From assembly GCA_005879205.1 (NCBI GenBank), contig VBLD01000111.1, positions 1 through 38,751 of the forward strand: 38,751 bases of DNA. Reading direction: 5' to 3'. Positions within the stretch are counted from its first letter, which is position 1. Every line of letters starts with the position of its first letter. Origin of the DNA: Deltaproteobacteria bacterium. Its GTDB lineage: Bacteria; Desulfobacterota; Binatia; DP-6. The position numbers were made by a program, and so were the translations under genes. The notes under the pieces were generated by a model. The model ran no database searches. It had not been told where the DNA came from and was given only the letters and a program-made list of their open reading frames with translations. Below are positions 18,005 to 26,836 of this stretch, one piece after another.

Positions 18005-19689
18005 CGCGCGCGACCGCCGGCGTCGCCTCTGCCGTCACGGTCCGCGACCTCGGCTGCACCTATGCGGGGGCGACGCGCCCGGCGCTCGACGGCCTGACGT
18101 GCGAGCTGCCGGCCGGTGGCCTGGCCGTCGTCATGGGCGCGACGGGGGCGGGCAAGTCGACGCTCGCCCGCTGTCTCACCCGCCTCGTGCCCTGCTTCCT
18201 GCCTGCCGACCTCCGCGGCGAGATCCGGCTGCTCGGGCAGCCGATCGACGGCGCCCGCGTCGGCGCGCTCGCCGGCACGATAGGGATGGTCTTCCAGGAC
18301 TTCGAGGCCCAGCTCTTCTCGACCGACGTGACCCAGGAGATCGTCTTCGGCCTCGAGCACACCGGTGTCGCGCCCGACCAGATACCGGAGCGGGTGACCC
18401 GCGCGCTCGCCGCCGTCGGGCTCGCCGGCTTCGAGGGACGCGATCCGACCACGCTCTCGGGCGGGGAGAAGCAGCGGCTCGCGATCGCCGGGCTGCTCGC
18501 GCTCCGCCCGCCCATCATGGTGCTCGACGAGCCCACCACCGACCTCGACCCCACCGGGCGCGCCGAGGTGTTCGACGTGCTCGGCAGGCTCCGCGCCGAG
18601 GGCCTCTCGCTGGTCCTCATCGAGCACGACACGGCGGCGGCCGCCGCCGCCGACCTGCTCGTCCTGCTGCGCGACGGCCGGATCGCGGCGAGCGGCGCAC
18701 CGGCGCGCCTCCTGGCGGACGTCGATGCGTGTCTCGCCGCGGGCGTACGGCCGCCCGACGTCTGCCGCGTCTTCGCCATGCTCGGTCTCGTCGAGCCGCC
18801 GCTCGACGTGACGGCGGCCGCCGAACGGCTGCGGGCGCGCGGGCTCGTGCCTCGGGTCTCCGACGAGCCCGTGAGCAGGCCAGCTGCGGGATCGGCGATC
18901 ATCGAGATGCGCGGACTCGGCCACCGCTACCCCGACGGCCGGCGCGCTCTCGCCGACGTGAGCCTGAGCATCGGGCGCGGCGAGTTCATCGCCCTCGTCG
19001 GTCCCAACGGCTCGGGTAAGACGACGCTCGCCAAGCACCTGAACGGGCTCCTCGCGCCGACCGAGGGGCGGGTGACGCTCGAGGGACGCGACGTGGCCGG
19101 CCTGCCGCTCGAGACGCTCGCCCAGCGGGTCGGCTACGTCTTCCAGGACCCGGATCATCAGCTCTTCGCGGCGACGGTCGCCGAGGAGGTGGCCTTCGGG
19201 CCCCAGAACGTCGGCCTTCCCGCCGCCGAGGTCGAGGCGCGCGTCGCGGAGGCGCTGGCCGCCGTCGAGCTCCGCGAGCGCGACGCCGACCCGTTCCTTC
19301 TCGACAAGGGCGCCCGGCAGCGCCTCGCCGTCGCCGCGATCCTCGCGCTCCGCCCCGACGTCCTGGTGCTCGACGAGCCGACGACGGGCCTCGATTTCCG
19401 CGAGCAGGAGCGCATGCTCGACCTGCTCGACCGGCTCCATGCAGCGGGACGCACGGTCATCATCATCACGCACACGCCGTGGGTGATTGCCGAGCATGCC
19501 CGGCGCGTGGTGCTGCTGAAGGGCGGACGGATCCGCTACGACGGGCCGCTGCGCCCGTTCTTCGCCGACGAGGGGCTGGCGGCGGAGGCCGCCTTCCGGC
19601 CGCCCGAGGTGACGCGCCTCGGACGCCTCCTCGGCTGCACGCCCCTCTCCGTCGCGGAGCTGGTCGCCTGGATCGGGCGGGGCGCCTGA
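18001..19689 (+). CDS. Fused tandem ECF transporter ATPase (EcfA1-EcfA2-like)
   Basis: Two ABC cassettes: Walker A GATGAGKST and GPNGSGKTT, signature LSGGEKQRLAIA (the second is degenerate, LDKGARQRLAVA), Walker B MVLDEPT and LVLDEPT. The GTG start overlaps the S-component stop (GTGA). Confidence 0.9.
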   Translation: MTRATAGVASAVTVRDLGCTYAGATRPALDGLTCELPAGGLAVVMGATGAGKSTLARCLTRLVPCFLPADLRGEIRLLGQPIDGARVGALAGTIGMVFQDFEAQLFSTDVTQEIVFGLEHTGVAPDQIPERVTRALAAVGLAGFEGRDPTTLSGGEKQRLAIAGLLALRPPIMVLDEPTTDLDPTGRAEVFDVLGRLRAEGLSLVLIEHDTAAAAAADLLVLLRDGRIAASGAPARLLADVDACLAAGVRPPDVCRVFAMLGLVEPPLDVTAAAERLRARGLVPRVSDEPVSRPAAGSAIIEMRGLGHRYPDGRRALADVSLSIGRGEFIALVGPNGSGKTTLAKHLNGLLAPTEGRVTLEGRDVAGLPLETLAQRVGYVFQDPDHQLFAATVAEEVAFGPQNVGLPAAEVEARVAEALAAVELRERDADPFLLDKGARQRLAVAAILALRPDVLVLDEPTTGLDFREQERMLDLLDRLHAAGRTVIIITHTPWVIAEHARRVVLLKGGRIRYDGPLRPFFADEGLAAEAAFRPPEVTRLGRLLGCTPLSVAELVAWIGRGA

Positions 19690-19693
19690 CGCC

Positions 19694-20458
19694 GTGGCGC
19701 TCACCCTGTACGTCGCGGCGCCGACTCCGCTGCACCGCCTGCACCCGGTCACCAAGCTCGGGCTCCTCGCCGCCTTCGTGGTCGCGGCCTTCATGGTCGA
19801 CCGTCCGCTCCTCCTCGTGCCGCTCGCGGCGGTGATCGCCGTCCTGATGGTGCTCGCCCGCGCCCTGCCGAACGTGCGCCGGCTCCGGGTGATGTTCCTC
19901 CTCGTCTTCTTCTTCACGCTCGTCGTCTGGACGTTCTTCTACCAGTCGGTCCTCGTGCCGACGTATGGCGGCTTTCTCTACGGCCTCTCGACGGCGATCC
20001 GGCTCGACACCTTCCTCGCCACCGGCATCCTCTTCCTGAGCACCACGCGCGTCGAGGAGGTGGCGTATGCGCTCGGCCGGCTCGGCCTGCCCTACACGAT
20101 GGGTTTCACGCTGACGCTCGCCTTTCGCCTCGTGCCGGTGTTCTTCGACGCGGCGCTGAGCGTCGTCCAGGCGCAGCGCTGCCGCGGCCTCGAATTCGGG
20201 CGCGGCGGCGTGGTCGCCCGGCTCCGCCGCTTCGTGCCGGTCATCGTGCCGGTGCTGATCGGCGCTCTCCGGCGCGCCGATCGCATGGCGATGGCGCTCG
20301 AGCTGCGCGGCTTCAACTCCGGCCGGCCGCGCACGACGTACCTGCGCGCGCGCGCCGGCGCCGCCGACGTGCTTGCCGGCACGCTCGCGGTCGCGACGGT
20401 GGCGACATACGTCGTGCTGTGGGCCGCCGGCATCGGCACGCTCGCGGCGCATCCTTGA
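19694..20458 (+). CDS. ecfT: ECF transporter transmembrane component EcfT (CbiQ family)
   Basis: 254 aa, polytopic, with N-terminal LHRLHPVTKL and conserved ARxxR-type coupling helices (AQRCRGLEF, ALRRADRMAMALELRGF). Confidence 0.85.
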   Translation: MALTLYVAAPTPLHRLHPVTKLGLLAAFVVAAFMVDRPLLLVPLAAVIAVLMVLARALPNVRRLRVMFLLVFFFTLVVWTFFYQSVLVPTYGGFLYGLSTAIRLDTFLATGILFLSTTRVEEVAYALGRLGLPYTMGFTLTLAFRLVPVFFDAALSVVQAQRCRGLEFGRGGVVARLRRFVPVIVPVLIGALRRADRMAMALELRGFNSGRPRTTYLRARAGAADVLAGTLAVATVATYVVLWAAGIGTLAAHP

Positions 20459-20494
20459 CACCCCTGCCCCCCCTTCCTATCGTGCCGTCCTTGA

Positions 20495-21724
20495 GCGCGA
20501 CGAACCACGCTCGGCCTCGTCACCCCGCTCGGCTGCGGGATCGAGGCGAACTGGGCGAAGCTCGTCGCCGGCCGCTCCGGCATCGGACCGATCACGCGCT
20601 TCAACGCGTCGGGGCTGCCGGCGCGCGTCGCGGGTGAAGTGCGGGGCTTCGAGCCCGAGCGCTACATGGAACGCAAAGACTTGAAGAAGATGGACATCTT
20701 CATCCAGTACGCGCTCGCGGCGGCGCAGATGGCGGTCGAGGACGCCGGGTTGCCGTCGCCGGTCCCGGGGCCCGAGCGCACCGGGGTGATCGTGGGCGTC
20801 GGTATGGGAGGGATCGCGAGCCTCGAGGAAGCCTATCTGCTCTTCGCGGCCGGCAACCTCCGCCGCGTCTCACCCTTCTTCATCCCGAAGCTCATCCCGA
20901 ACATGGCGTCGGGACAGATCGCGCTCCGCATCGGCGCGCGCGGCCCGAACTACGCGACGACGAGCGCCTGCGCCTCGGGCGCGCACGCCATCGGCGAATC
21001 CCTGGTGCTCATACGTGACGGCCGCCAGGACGTCATGGTCGCGGGCGGCGCCGAGGCCCCCGTGTGCCTGCTCGGCGTCGGGGGCTTCAGCGCGATGCGC
21101 GCGCTCACCACGAGCTTCAACGACGAGCCCGAACGCGCGAGCCGGCCGTTCGACGCCCGCCGCGACGGCTTCGTCATCGCGGAGGGTTCGGGCGTCCTGG
21201 TCCTCGAGGAGCTCGAGCATGCGCGGCGGCGTGGCGCGCGCATCTACGCCGAGGTGGCCGGCTACGGCGCCAACTGCGACGCGTACCACATGACGCAGCC
21301 CGCGCCGGAAGGAGAGGGGGCCGCGCAGTGCATGGCGCTGGCGCTGGCCGACGCGGGCGTGGCCGTGGAGGAGATCGGCTACGTGAACGCCCACGGGACG
21401 GGCACACCGTACAACGACGCGGCGGAGACCCGGGCGCTCCACAGGGTGTTCGGGCGGCATGCCGCGCGCGTCGCCGTGAGTTCGACGAAGTCGATGACGG
21501 GCCACCTGCTCGGCGCAGCCGGCACCGTCGAGGCGGCCTACACGGTGCTGGCGCTCGGCCACGGCATCGTGCCGCCCACCATCAACCTCGACGAGCCCGA
21601 TCCCGCCTGCGACCTCGACTACGTGCCGCACGAGGCGCGGCGCGCGCCGGTGGACGTCGCGATGTCCAACTCCTTCGGGTTCGGCGGCACGAACGTCTCG
21701 CTCGTCTTCCGGCGCGCCGACTAG
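20495..21724 (+). CDS. fabF: Beta-ketoacyl-ACP synthase II; homology begins upstream of the first canonical start (GTG 20639)
   Basis: Active-site Cys [13 protein letters not shown], His motifs [10 protein letters not shown] and [13 protein letters not shown]-terminal NSFGFGGTN. Codons 20495-20638 translate to [48 protein letters not shown], which is clearly the KAS N-terminus. That stretch has no ATG/GTG/TTG and is bounded by an in-frame TGA at 20492. Confidence 0.85.
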   Translation, partial: ARRTTLGLVTPLGCGIEANWAKLVAGRSGIGPITRFNASGLPARVAGEVRGFEPERYMERKDLKKMDIFIQYALAAAQMAVEDAGLPSPVPGPERTGVIVGVGMGGIASLEEAYLLFAAGNLRRVSPFFIPKLIPNMASGQIALRIGARGPNYATTSACASGAHAIGESLVLIRDGRQDVMVAGGAEAPVCLLGVGGFSAMRALTTSFNDEPERASRPFDARRDGFVIAEGSGVLVLEELEHARRRGARIYAEVAGYGANCDAYHMTQPAPEGEGAAQCMALALADAGVAVEEIGYVNAHGTGTPYNDAAETRALHRVFGRHAARVAVSSTKSMTGHLLGAAGTVEAAYTVLALGHGIVPPTINLDEPDPACDLDYVPHEARRAPVDVAMSNSFGFGGTNVSLVFRRAD

Positions 21725-21730
21725 CTAGCC

Positions 21731-22705
21731 ATGCTCGGCGCCATGCTCGACCGCCGGCTCCACTTCGTCGTCGGCAAGGGCGGCGTCGGCAAGACGACGG
21801 TGGCCGCGGCCCTCGCCCGGCTGCTCGCACGCCGCGGCCGGCGCACCCTCGCGATCGAGGTCGACGACGCCCGGCGGTTGTCGGCGCTGCTCGGCGCGAG
21901 CGGTACGACCGGGACGCCGACGGTGGTCGCGCCCGGCCTCTCGGTGGTCGCGATCGAGGGCCGCGCCGCGCTCGAGGAGTACCTCGGGCTCATCATCCCG
22001 GTGAAGCGGCTGCTCGCCACGATCTTCTCGAGCCGCATCTACCAGTACTTCGTGGCGGCGGCGCCGGGGCTGAAGGAGCTCATGACGGTCGGCAAGATCT
22101 GGTACGAGACCACGCGCCAGGAACGCGGGCGACCGCTGTGGGACGCGGTCGTGGTCGACGCGCCGGCCACCGGCCACAGCGTGCAGTATCTCCGCATGCC
22201 GCAGGCCGCGCGCGACACCTTCGGCGCCGGCCTCGTGCAGCGCGAGGCCGCGAAGGTGGTCGAGCTCCTGCGCGACCCGCGCACCACGGCCGTGCACCTC
22301 GTGACCCTTGCCGAGGAGATGCCGGTCGCCGAGACGCTCGAGACGCACGCGGAGCTCGTGGGTTCGCTCGCCATGCCGGTCGGCTCCGTGATCGTGAACC
22401 GGGTCCACCACCGCCGCTTTTCTCCCGCCGCCCTGGCCGCGCTGCGTGAGGCCGCCAGGCGGGTCGGGGCCGAGGAGCGCGCGCTGGTGCGCGCGGTGTG
22501 CGAGCGCGCCGCCGAGGAGAGCGGCTGGTCCGAGATCAACGCCGCGTACCTCACACGCCTGCGCGCCGCCATTCGCGACGTGCCGATCGTCGAGCTGCCC
22601 TTCCTCTTCGTCGAGGAGTTCGATCGCGGCGAGGTCGACCGCCTGTCGGGCGAGCTAGAGACGGCGAGTCCCGGACGGGCGGCGGTGTCCGCGCTCCGAC
22701 CATGA
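21731..22705 (+). CDS. ArsA/Get3-family P-loop ATPase (first of a pair)
   Basis: Deviant Walker A VVGKGGVGKTTVAAALA; 324 aa. Confidence 0.85.
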   Translation: MLGAMLDRRLHFVVGKGGVGKTTVAAALARLLARRGRRTLAIEVDDARRLSALLGASGTTGTPTVVAPGLSVVAIEGRAALEEYLGLIIPVKRLLATIFSSRIYQYFVAAAPGLKELMTVGKIWYETTRQERGRPLWDAVVVDAPATGHSVQYLRMPQAARDTFGAGLVQREAAKVVELLRDPRTTAVHLVTLAEEMPVAETLETHAELVGSLAMPVGSVIVNRVHHRRFSPAALAALREAARRVGAEERALVRAVCERAAEESGWSEINAAYLTRLRAAIRDVPIVELPFLFVEEFDRGEVDRLSGELETASPGRAAVSALRP

Positions 22706-23865
22706 CGCTCGGCGACCTCGTCGCGCGCCATCAGATCGTCATCTCCGCCGGCAGCGGTGGCGTCGGCAAGACGACGGTGGCCGCGTCGCTGGCGCTCTGG
22801 GGGGCGCTCGAAGGGCGGCGTGCCGTCGTGCTGACCATCGACCCGGCCCGCCGGCTCGCCAGCTCGCTCGGCCTCGCGTCGCTCGGCAGCGGGGAACGCG
22901 ACATCCCGGCCGAGCACTTCCGCGCCCAGGGCCTCGCGCCGAAGGGCACGCTCGCCGCGATGATGCTCGACCAGAAGGGGGCGTGGGATGCCCTCGTCGA
23001 GCGGCACGCGCCGCCCGAGGCGCGCGACCGCATCCTCACCAACCGGTTCTACCAGCACCTCTCGCAGAGCTTCGCGGGCTCGTACGAGTACATGGCGATC
23101 GAGCAGCTCTGCGCGCTGGCCGAGAGCGGCCGCTACGACCTGATCGTGGTCGACACCCCGCCGACGCGCCACGCGCTCGACTTCCTCGAGGCCCCGCGCC
23201 GGATCGCCGACTTCCTCGACCGCAAGATCATCAAATGGTTCGTGCGCCCGTACTTCTCGGCGGGCTGGTCGGCGCTGCGCGCCATGAACCGCACCGCCGG
23301 CTTTCTGCTTCGCCGCCTCGAGCAGGCCACCGGCATCGCGGCGCTGGCCGAGATCTCGGACTTCTTCTCGAACATGAGCGGGCTCTTCGAGAACTTCCAG
23401 ACGCGCATCGACCGCGCCCACGAGATCCTGCGCGCGCCGGGGACCGCGTTCGTCCTCGTCTCGAGTCCCGAGGAGCAGGTGCTGGGCGACGCGGAGTACC
23501 TCTCGAGCAAGATGGCCGCGCTGCGCATGCCGCTCAAGGGCGTGGTGCTGAACCGCGTCCACGCCGAGTTCCGTCCCGCCCGCCGCGGGCGCGGCCGGGA
23601 CGAGATCGGCCCCGAGGAGGTGGAGCAGGTCGCGGATCTGGTCGCGCAGATCGTCGGCGCTCCGGAGGCGCGAGAGCTGGCCGCCAACTTCGTCGACTAT
23701 CAGGCGCTCGCACGCGGCGAGTCGCTGCGCATCGAGCAGTTCCGCGCCGGCCTTCCACGCGGCGTGCCGGTCGTGCACGTGCCGAACTTCGCCCGCGACG
23801 TGCACGATCTCGCGAGCCTCGCCGGCATGCATGCTCATCTGTTCGGGGTGCGCGCGGCAGCCTGA
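22702..23865 (+). CDS. ArsA/Get3-family P-loop ATPase (second of a pair)
   Basis: ATG at 22702 overlaps the upstream stop (ATGA). ISAGSGGVGKTTVAASLA, DTPPTRHALDFL; 387 aa. Confidence 0.85.
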   Translation: MTLGDLVARHQIVISAGSGGVGKTTVAASLALWGALEGRRAVVLTIDPARRLASSLGLASLGSGERDIPAEHFRAQGLAPKGTLAAMMLDQKGAWDALVERHAPPEARDRILTNRFYQHLSQSFAGSYEYMAIEQLCALAESGRYDLIVVDTPPTRHALDFLEAPRRIADFLDRKIIKWFVRPYFSAGWSALRAMNRTAGFLLRRLEQATGIAALAEISDFFSNMSGLFENFQTRIDRAHEILRAPGTAFVLVSSPEEQVLGDAEYLSSKMAALRMPLKGVVLNRVHAEFRPARRGRGRDEIGPEEVEQVADLVAQIVGAPEARELAANFVDYQALARGESLRIEQFRAGLPRGVPVVHVPNFARDVHDLASLAGMHAHLFGVRAAA

Positions 23866-23950
23866 GCTCGCCCGGGTTGACGGACCGACGCAGGAATGGC
23901 TTAACGCACCCGGCCCCTCGAACGTCATTCGGAGCAGAGGAGGAGTGAAA

Positions 23951-24388
23951 ATGAACGGACGCTGTGTGAGAGCTTTTCTTGCGGCGATGCTAGTGGGCGG
24001 GTTCTACGCCGCCCCGGTGCGTGCGGCCACCAAGACCTTCTTTGCGGTGCTCAACGGTGGCCAGGAGACTCCGGCCACCGACACCGACGCCTTCGGGGTG
24101 GCCTACTTCACCTTCGACGACAAGTCGCTGTCGCTCTGCTACTCGGTCACCTTCATCCGTCTCAGCACCACCGAGACGGCGGCGCACATTCACGGGCCGG
24201 GCGCCCCGGGGACTGCGGCGCCGGTTCTCGTCGCGCTCGCCCCGGTGCCCGGCAACCCGAAGAACGGCTGCGTCACGCTGCCGAAGGCAAACAAGAAGGA
24301 CCTCAAGCGCGGCCTGACGTACGTCAACGTTCACAGCTCGAGGTTCCCGAGCGGGGAGATCCGCGGTCAGCTCATCCCGGTGAAGTAG
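23951..24388 (+). CDS. Secreted CHRD domain protein
   Basis: GGAGGAG lies 6 nt upstream of the ATG at 23951. Signal peptide MNGRCVRAFLAAMLVGGFYAAPVRA. CHRD hallmarks LNGGQETP, AAHIHGPGAPG, YVNVHSSRFPSGEIRGQL. Confidence 0.8.
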   Translation: MNGRCVRAFLAAMLVGGFYAAPVRAATKTFFAVLNGGQETPATDTDAFGVAYFTFDDKSLSLCYSVTFIRLSTTETAAHIHGPGAPGTAAPVLVALAPVPGNPKNGCVTLPKANKKDLKRGLTYVNVHSSRFPSGEIRGQLIPVK

Positions 24389-25694
24389 CGATCGAGGCGC
24401 GCGGCGCGGCCGGCTCGACCGCCAACTCGGCGTCCGCGCGCAGCGTGTCCCACCGCCGGCACGCGGGACAGTAGCCCTCCCAGGCCGGGGCGAGCTGCAG
24501 GCAGGACGCGCAGCGGAACGACGACGCTCCCGCCAGCTGGGGGCCGGCCGCCTGTGCGAAGGCGGCCGAGGCCTGGTCGTGATGCCCCTGCCGGCGGTGG
24601 AGCTCGCCCCAGACGAGGTGGGCGAAGGCGTTTCCGGCCGTGGGCTCGCGCAGCCCGCGCAGCACCTCGCAGGCCTCGTCGAAGCGGTCGTGGAGGACCA
24701 GGAAGCGAGCGAAGAGGAGGGGCAGGGCGCCCGCCCGCGGATGGCGGCGGACGAGCCGCCGATAGACGCGCGCCGTCCGCTCGGGGCGCCGCTCGGCGGC
24801 GTTGGCGCGCTCGATGCGCTCGAGCAGCACCGCGGCCGGGCGATGGCGCGCGCCGCGCTCCCAGACGCGGCGCGCGGCGAGCGTCCGCCCCGCACGGGCG
24901 AGGAGATCCCCGGCCCCGACCCACGCGGGTACGAAGGTCGGATCCTCCCGCGCGAGCGCAACCAGGAGTCGCGCCGCGTGCCGCGGATCGGACTCGGCGA
25001 ACGCCGCCTGGTAGCGGAGGCCGCGCATCATCTGTTGCTCGCGCGCGAGCCCCGACGGCTCGCGCACGCGCAGCAGGAGCTGGCCTTGGATGGAGACCGC
25101 CTCCGGCCAGCGGCCCGCCGCGGCGTAGACGTCACGCAGCCGGCGCGCGAGACGCGGGCTCTCCGGCTGCGCGAGCCGCGCCCGCTCGAGCGCCTCGGCG
25201 GCGGCACGCAGGTCACCGGTGCGCTCGCAGGCCTCGGCCAGGAAGTCGAGGAGTCGCGGATCGAAACCCACGCGCACGAGCCCGTCGTCCGGATCACCCT
25301 CCTGGAGGTAGGTCTCCGCGAGGAGCGCCAGGGCCGGCACATCGGCAGGTACGCCCCCCTCGCCCCGCAGCAGCTCCGTTCGTGCCTGCCCCGAATCCCC
25401 ATGCCAGAGGAGATCGCGCGCGCGGGTCGTCGCCTCCGCGCGCCGCGCATCGCGGCGCAACCGCCGTCGCGCGCGCCACTCCCGCCACCCGCGGAGCCCC
25501 GCGCTCCCCGCCGCGAGGAGCCCCACCGCCGTCCCGCCCGCCGCGAACGCCGCCAGCAGCGCCCCCGCCAGCGGCGCCTGCATCGACCGCCCCGGCGTCA
25601 GCCGCACCACCGTCGGCTCGCCATTCAAGAACACGACGTACCCCGAACCGATCACGAGCAACGCCGCCGCAATCGCCACCACCCACCGCGTCAC
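24372..25694 (-). CDS. lapB: LapB (YciM)-like TPR protein with LapA-like N-terminal membrane domain and C-terminal rubredoxin-type zinc ribbon
   Basis: N-terminal two-TM segment (WVVAIAAALLVIGSGYVVF...PLAGALLAAFAAGG), TPR repeats, C-terminal FRCASCLQLAPAWEGYCPACRRWDT as in LapB. GTG start. Confidence 0.75.
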   Translation of the reverse strand: MTRWVVAIAAALLVIGSGYVVFLNGEPTVVRLTPGRSMQAPLAGALLAAFAAGGTAVGLLAAGSAGLRGWREWRARRRLRRDARRAEATTRARDLLWHGDSGQARTELLRGEGGVPADVPALALLAETYLQEGDPDDGLVRVGFDPRLLDFLAEACERTGDLRAAAEALERARLAQPESPRLARRLRDVYAAAGRWPEAVSIQGQLLLRVREPSGLAREQQMMRGLRYQAAFAESDPRHAARLLVALAREDPTFVPAWVGAGDLLARAGRTLAARRVWERGARHRPAAVLLERIERANAAERRPERTARVYRRLVRRHPRAGALPLLFARFLVLHDRFDEACEVLRGLREPTAGNAFAHLVWGELHRRQGHHDQASAAFAQAAGPQLAGASSFRCASCLQLAPAWEGYCPACRRWDTLRADAELAVEPAAPRASIATSPG

Positions 25695-25765
25695 GACTCA
25701 AACCCAACCGAGCTCAAGCGAAGCGAGGCGAAGCCGAGCGAGCACCGCACGGGCCCCCAGATGAG

Positions 25766-26158
25766 TTAAGTCCCGGTTTTTTGTGCGCGGGCCTGACTCT
25801 GGAACGGCTCGGGCAGCTCGACGCGCGGGGCACGGATCCACAGCCGTTCGAGGTCGTAGAACTCTCGCACCGGCACGTAGAAGATATGGACCACGACGTC
25901 GCCGTAGTCCATCAGCGCCCACTGACCGCGGGGCAATCCCTCGACGGCGAGCGGCCGCACGCCGTCGCGCCCGAGATCCTCTTCGATCGCCTCGGCGATC
26001 GCCTGGACCTGCGTGTCGGACCGTCCGCTGCAGATGACGAAGTAGTCCGCAATCGAGGATTTCCGGCCGACCTCGAGCACGACGAGGTCGTAGGCCTTGC
26101 GGTCGAGGGCCGCGCGGGTACAGGCGAGCGTCCGCTCCCAGCCGGGCAACGGCGTCAA
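25766..26158 (-). CDS. rsfS: Ribosome silencing factor RsfS
   Basis: KAYDLVVLEVGRKSSIADYFVICSGRSDTQVQAIAEAI...DYGDVVVHIF. The TTG start overlaps the nadD stop. Confidence 0.9.
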   Translation of the reverse strand: MTPLPGWERTLACTRAALDRKAYDLVVLEVGRKSSIADYFVICSGRSDTQVQAIAEAIEEDLGRDGVRPLAVEGLPRGQWALMDYGDVVVHIFYVPVREFYDLERLWIRAPRVELPEPFQSQARAQKTGT

Positions 26159-26823
26159 CGCGCGGCGTCCTCCTGCCGGTAGAGGCGATGCTCGGCGATG
26201 TAGCGCTCTACCGTGCCGGAAACGAGGAAGCGGATCGATCGGTTGGCTGCGACGCGAGCGCGGATGGCGGTGGCCGAGATATCGAGGCTGGTGATGCGCT
26301 GAAGGTTCAGCACGTGCCCCGACTCGTGAAGAAACACTTCACTGGAAGAATCGTACCGGAAGGCCTCGCGAGCCGCAAGCGGAATTTCTTCGGCCCCCAG
26401 CCGTTGCGGCCATGGCGGACGCGTCATGACGACGACGTCGCACAGCGTGAAGAGCGTGGCGTGCTCCTTCCAGGTCTCGAATTCGCGGAAGGCGTCGAAT
26501 CCGATGACGAACGCGATGCGCACCGCCGGGCCGACCTCCGCCCGGAGCGCGCGCATCGTGTCGACCGAGTAGGACGGGCCCGGGCGCTGGAGCTCGACGT
26601 CCCAGCTGCGGAAGCCGGGCACGTCGGCGACGGCGAGCTCCACCATCCGGTGGCGATCCGTGGCCGCCGCCAGCGCCACGCCGCGCCGGTGTGGTGGCGC
26701 GGCGGCCGGCACGAAGCGGACCTCGTCGAGCGCCAGTGCCTCCCGCACCTCCTCCGCGCCGCGCAGGTGCCCCAGGTGGATCGGATTGAAGGTCCCGCCG
26801 AAGATCCCGATCCCGCCTGCCAT
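26155..26823 (-). CDS. nadD: Nicotinate-nucleotide adenylyltransferase
   Basis: GIFGGTFNPIHLGHL (HxGH motif); 222 aa. Confidence 0.9.
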   Translation of the reverse strand: MAGGIGIFGGTFNPIHLGHLRGAEEVREALALDEVRFVPAAAPPHRRGVALAAATDRHRMVELAVADVPGFRSWDVELQRPGPSYSVDTMRALRAEVGPAVRIAFVIGFDAFREFETWKEHATLFTLCDVVVMTRPPWPQRLGAEEIPLAAREAFRYDSSSEVFLHESGHVLNLQRITSLDISATAIRARVAANRSIRFLVSGTVERYIAEHRLYRQEDAAR

Positions 26824-26836
26824 CCGCGGTTCCGGA

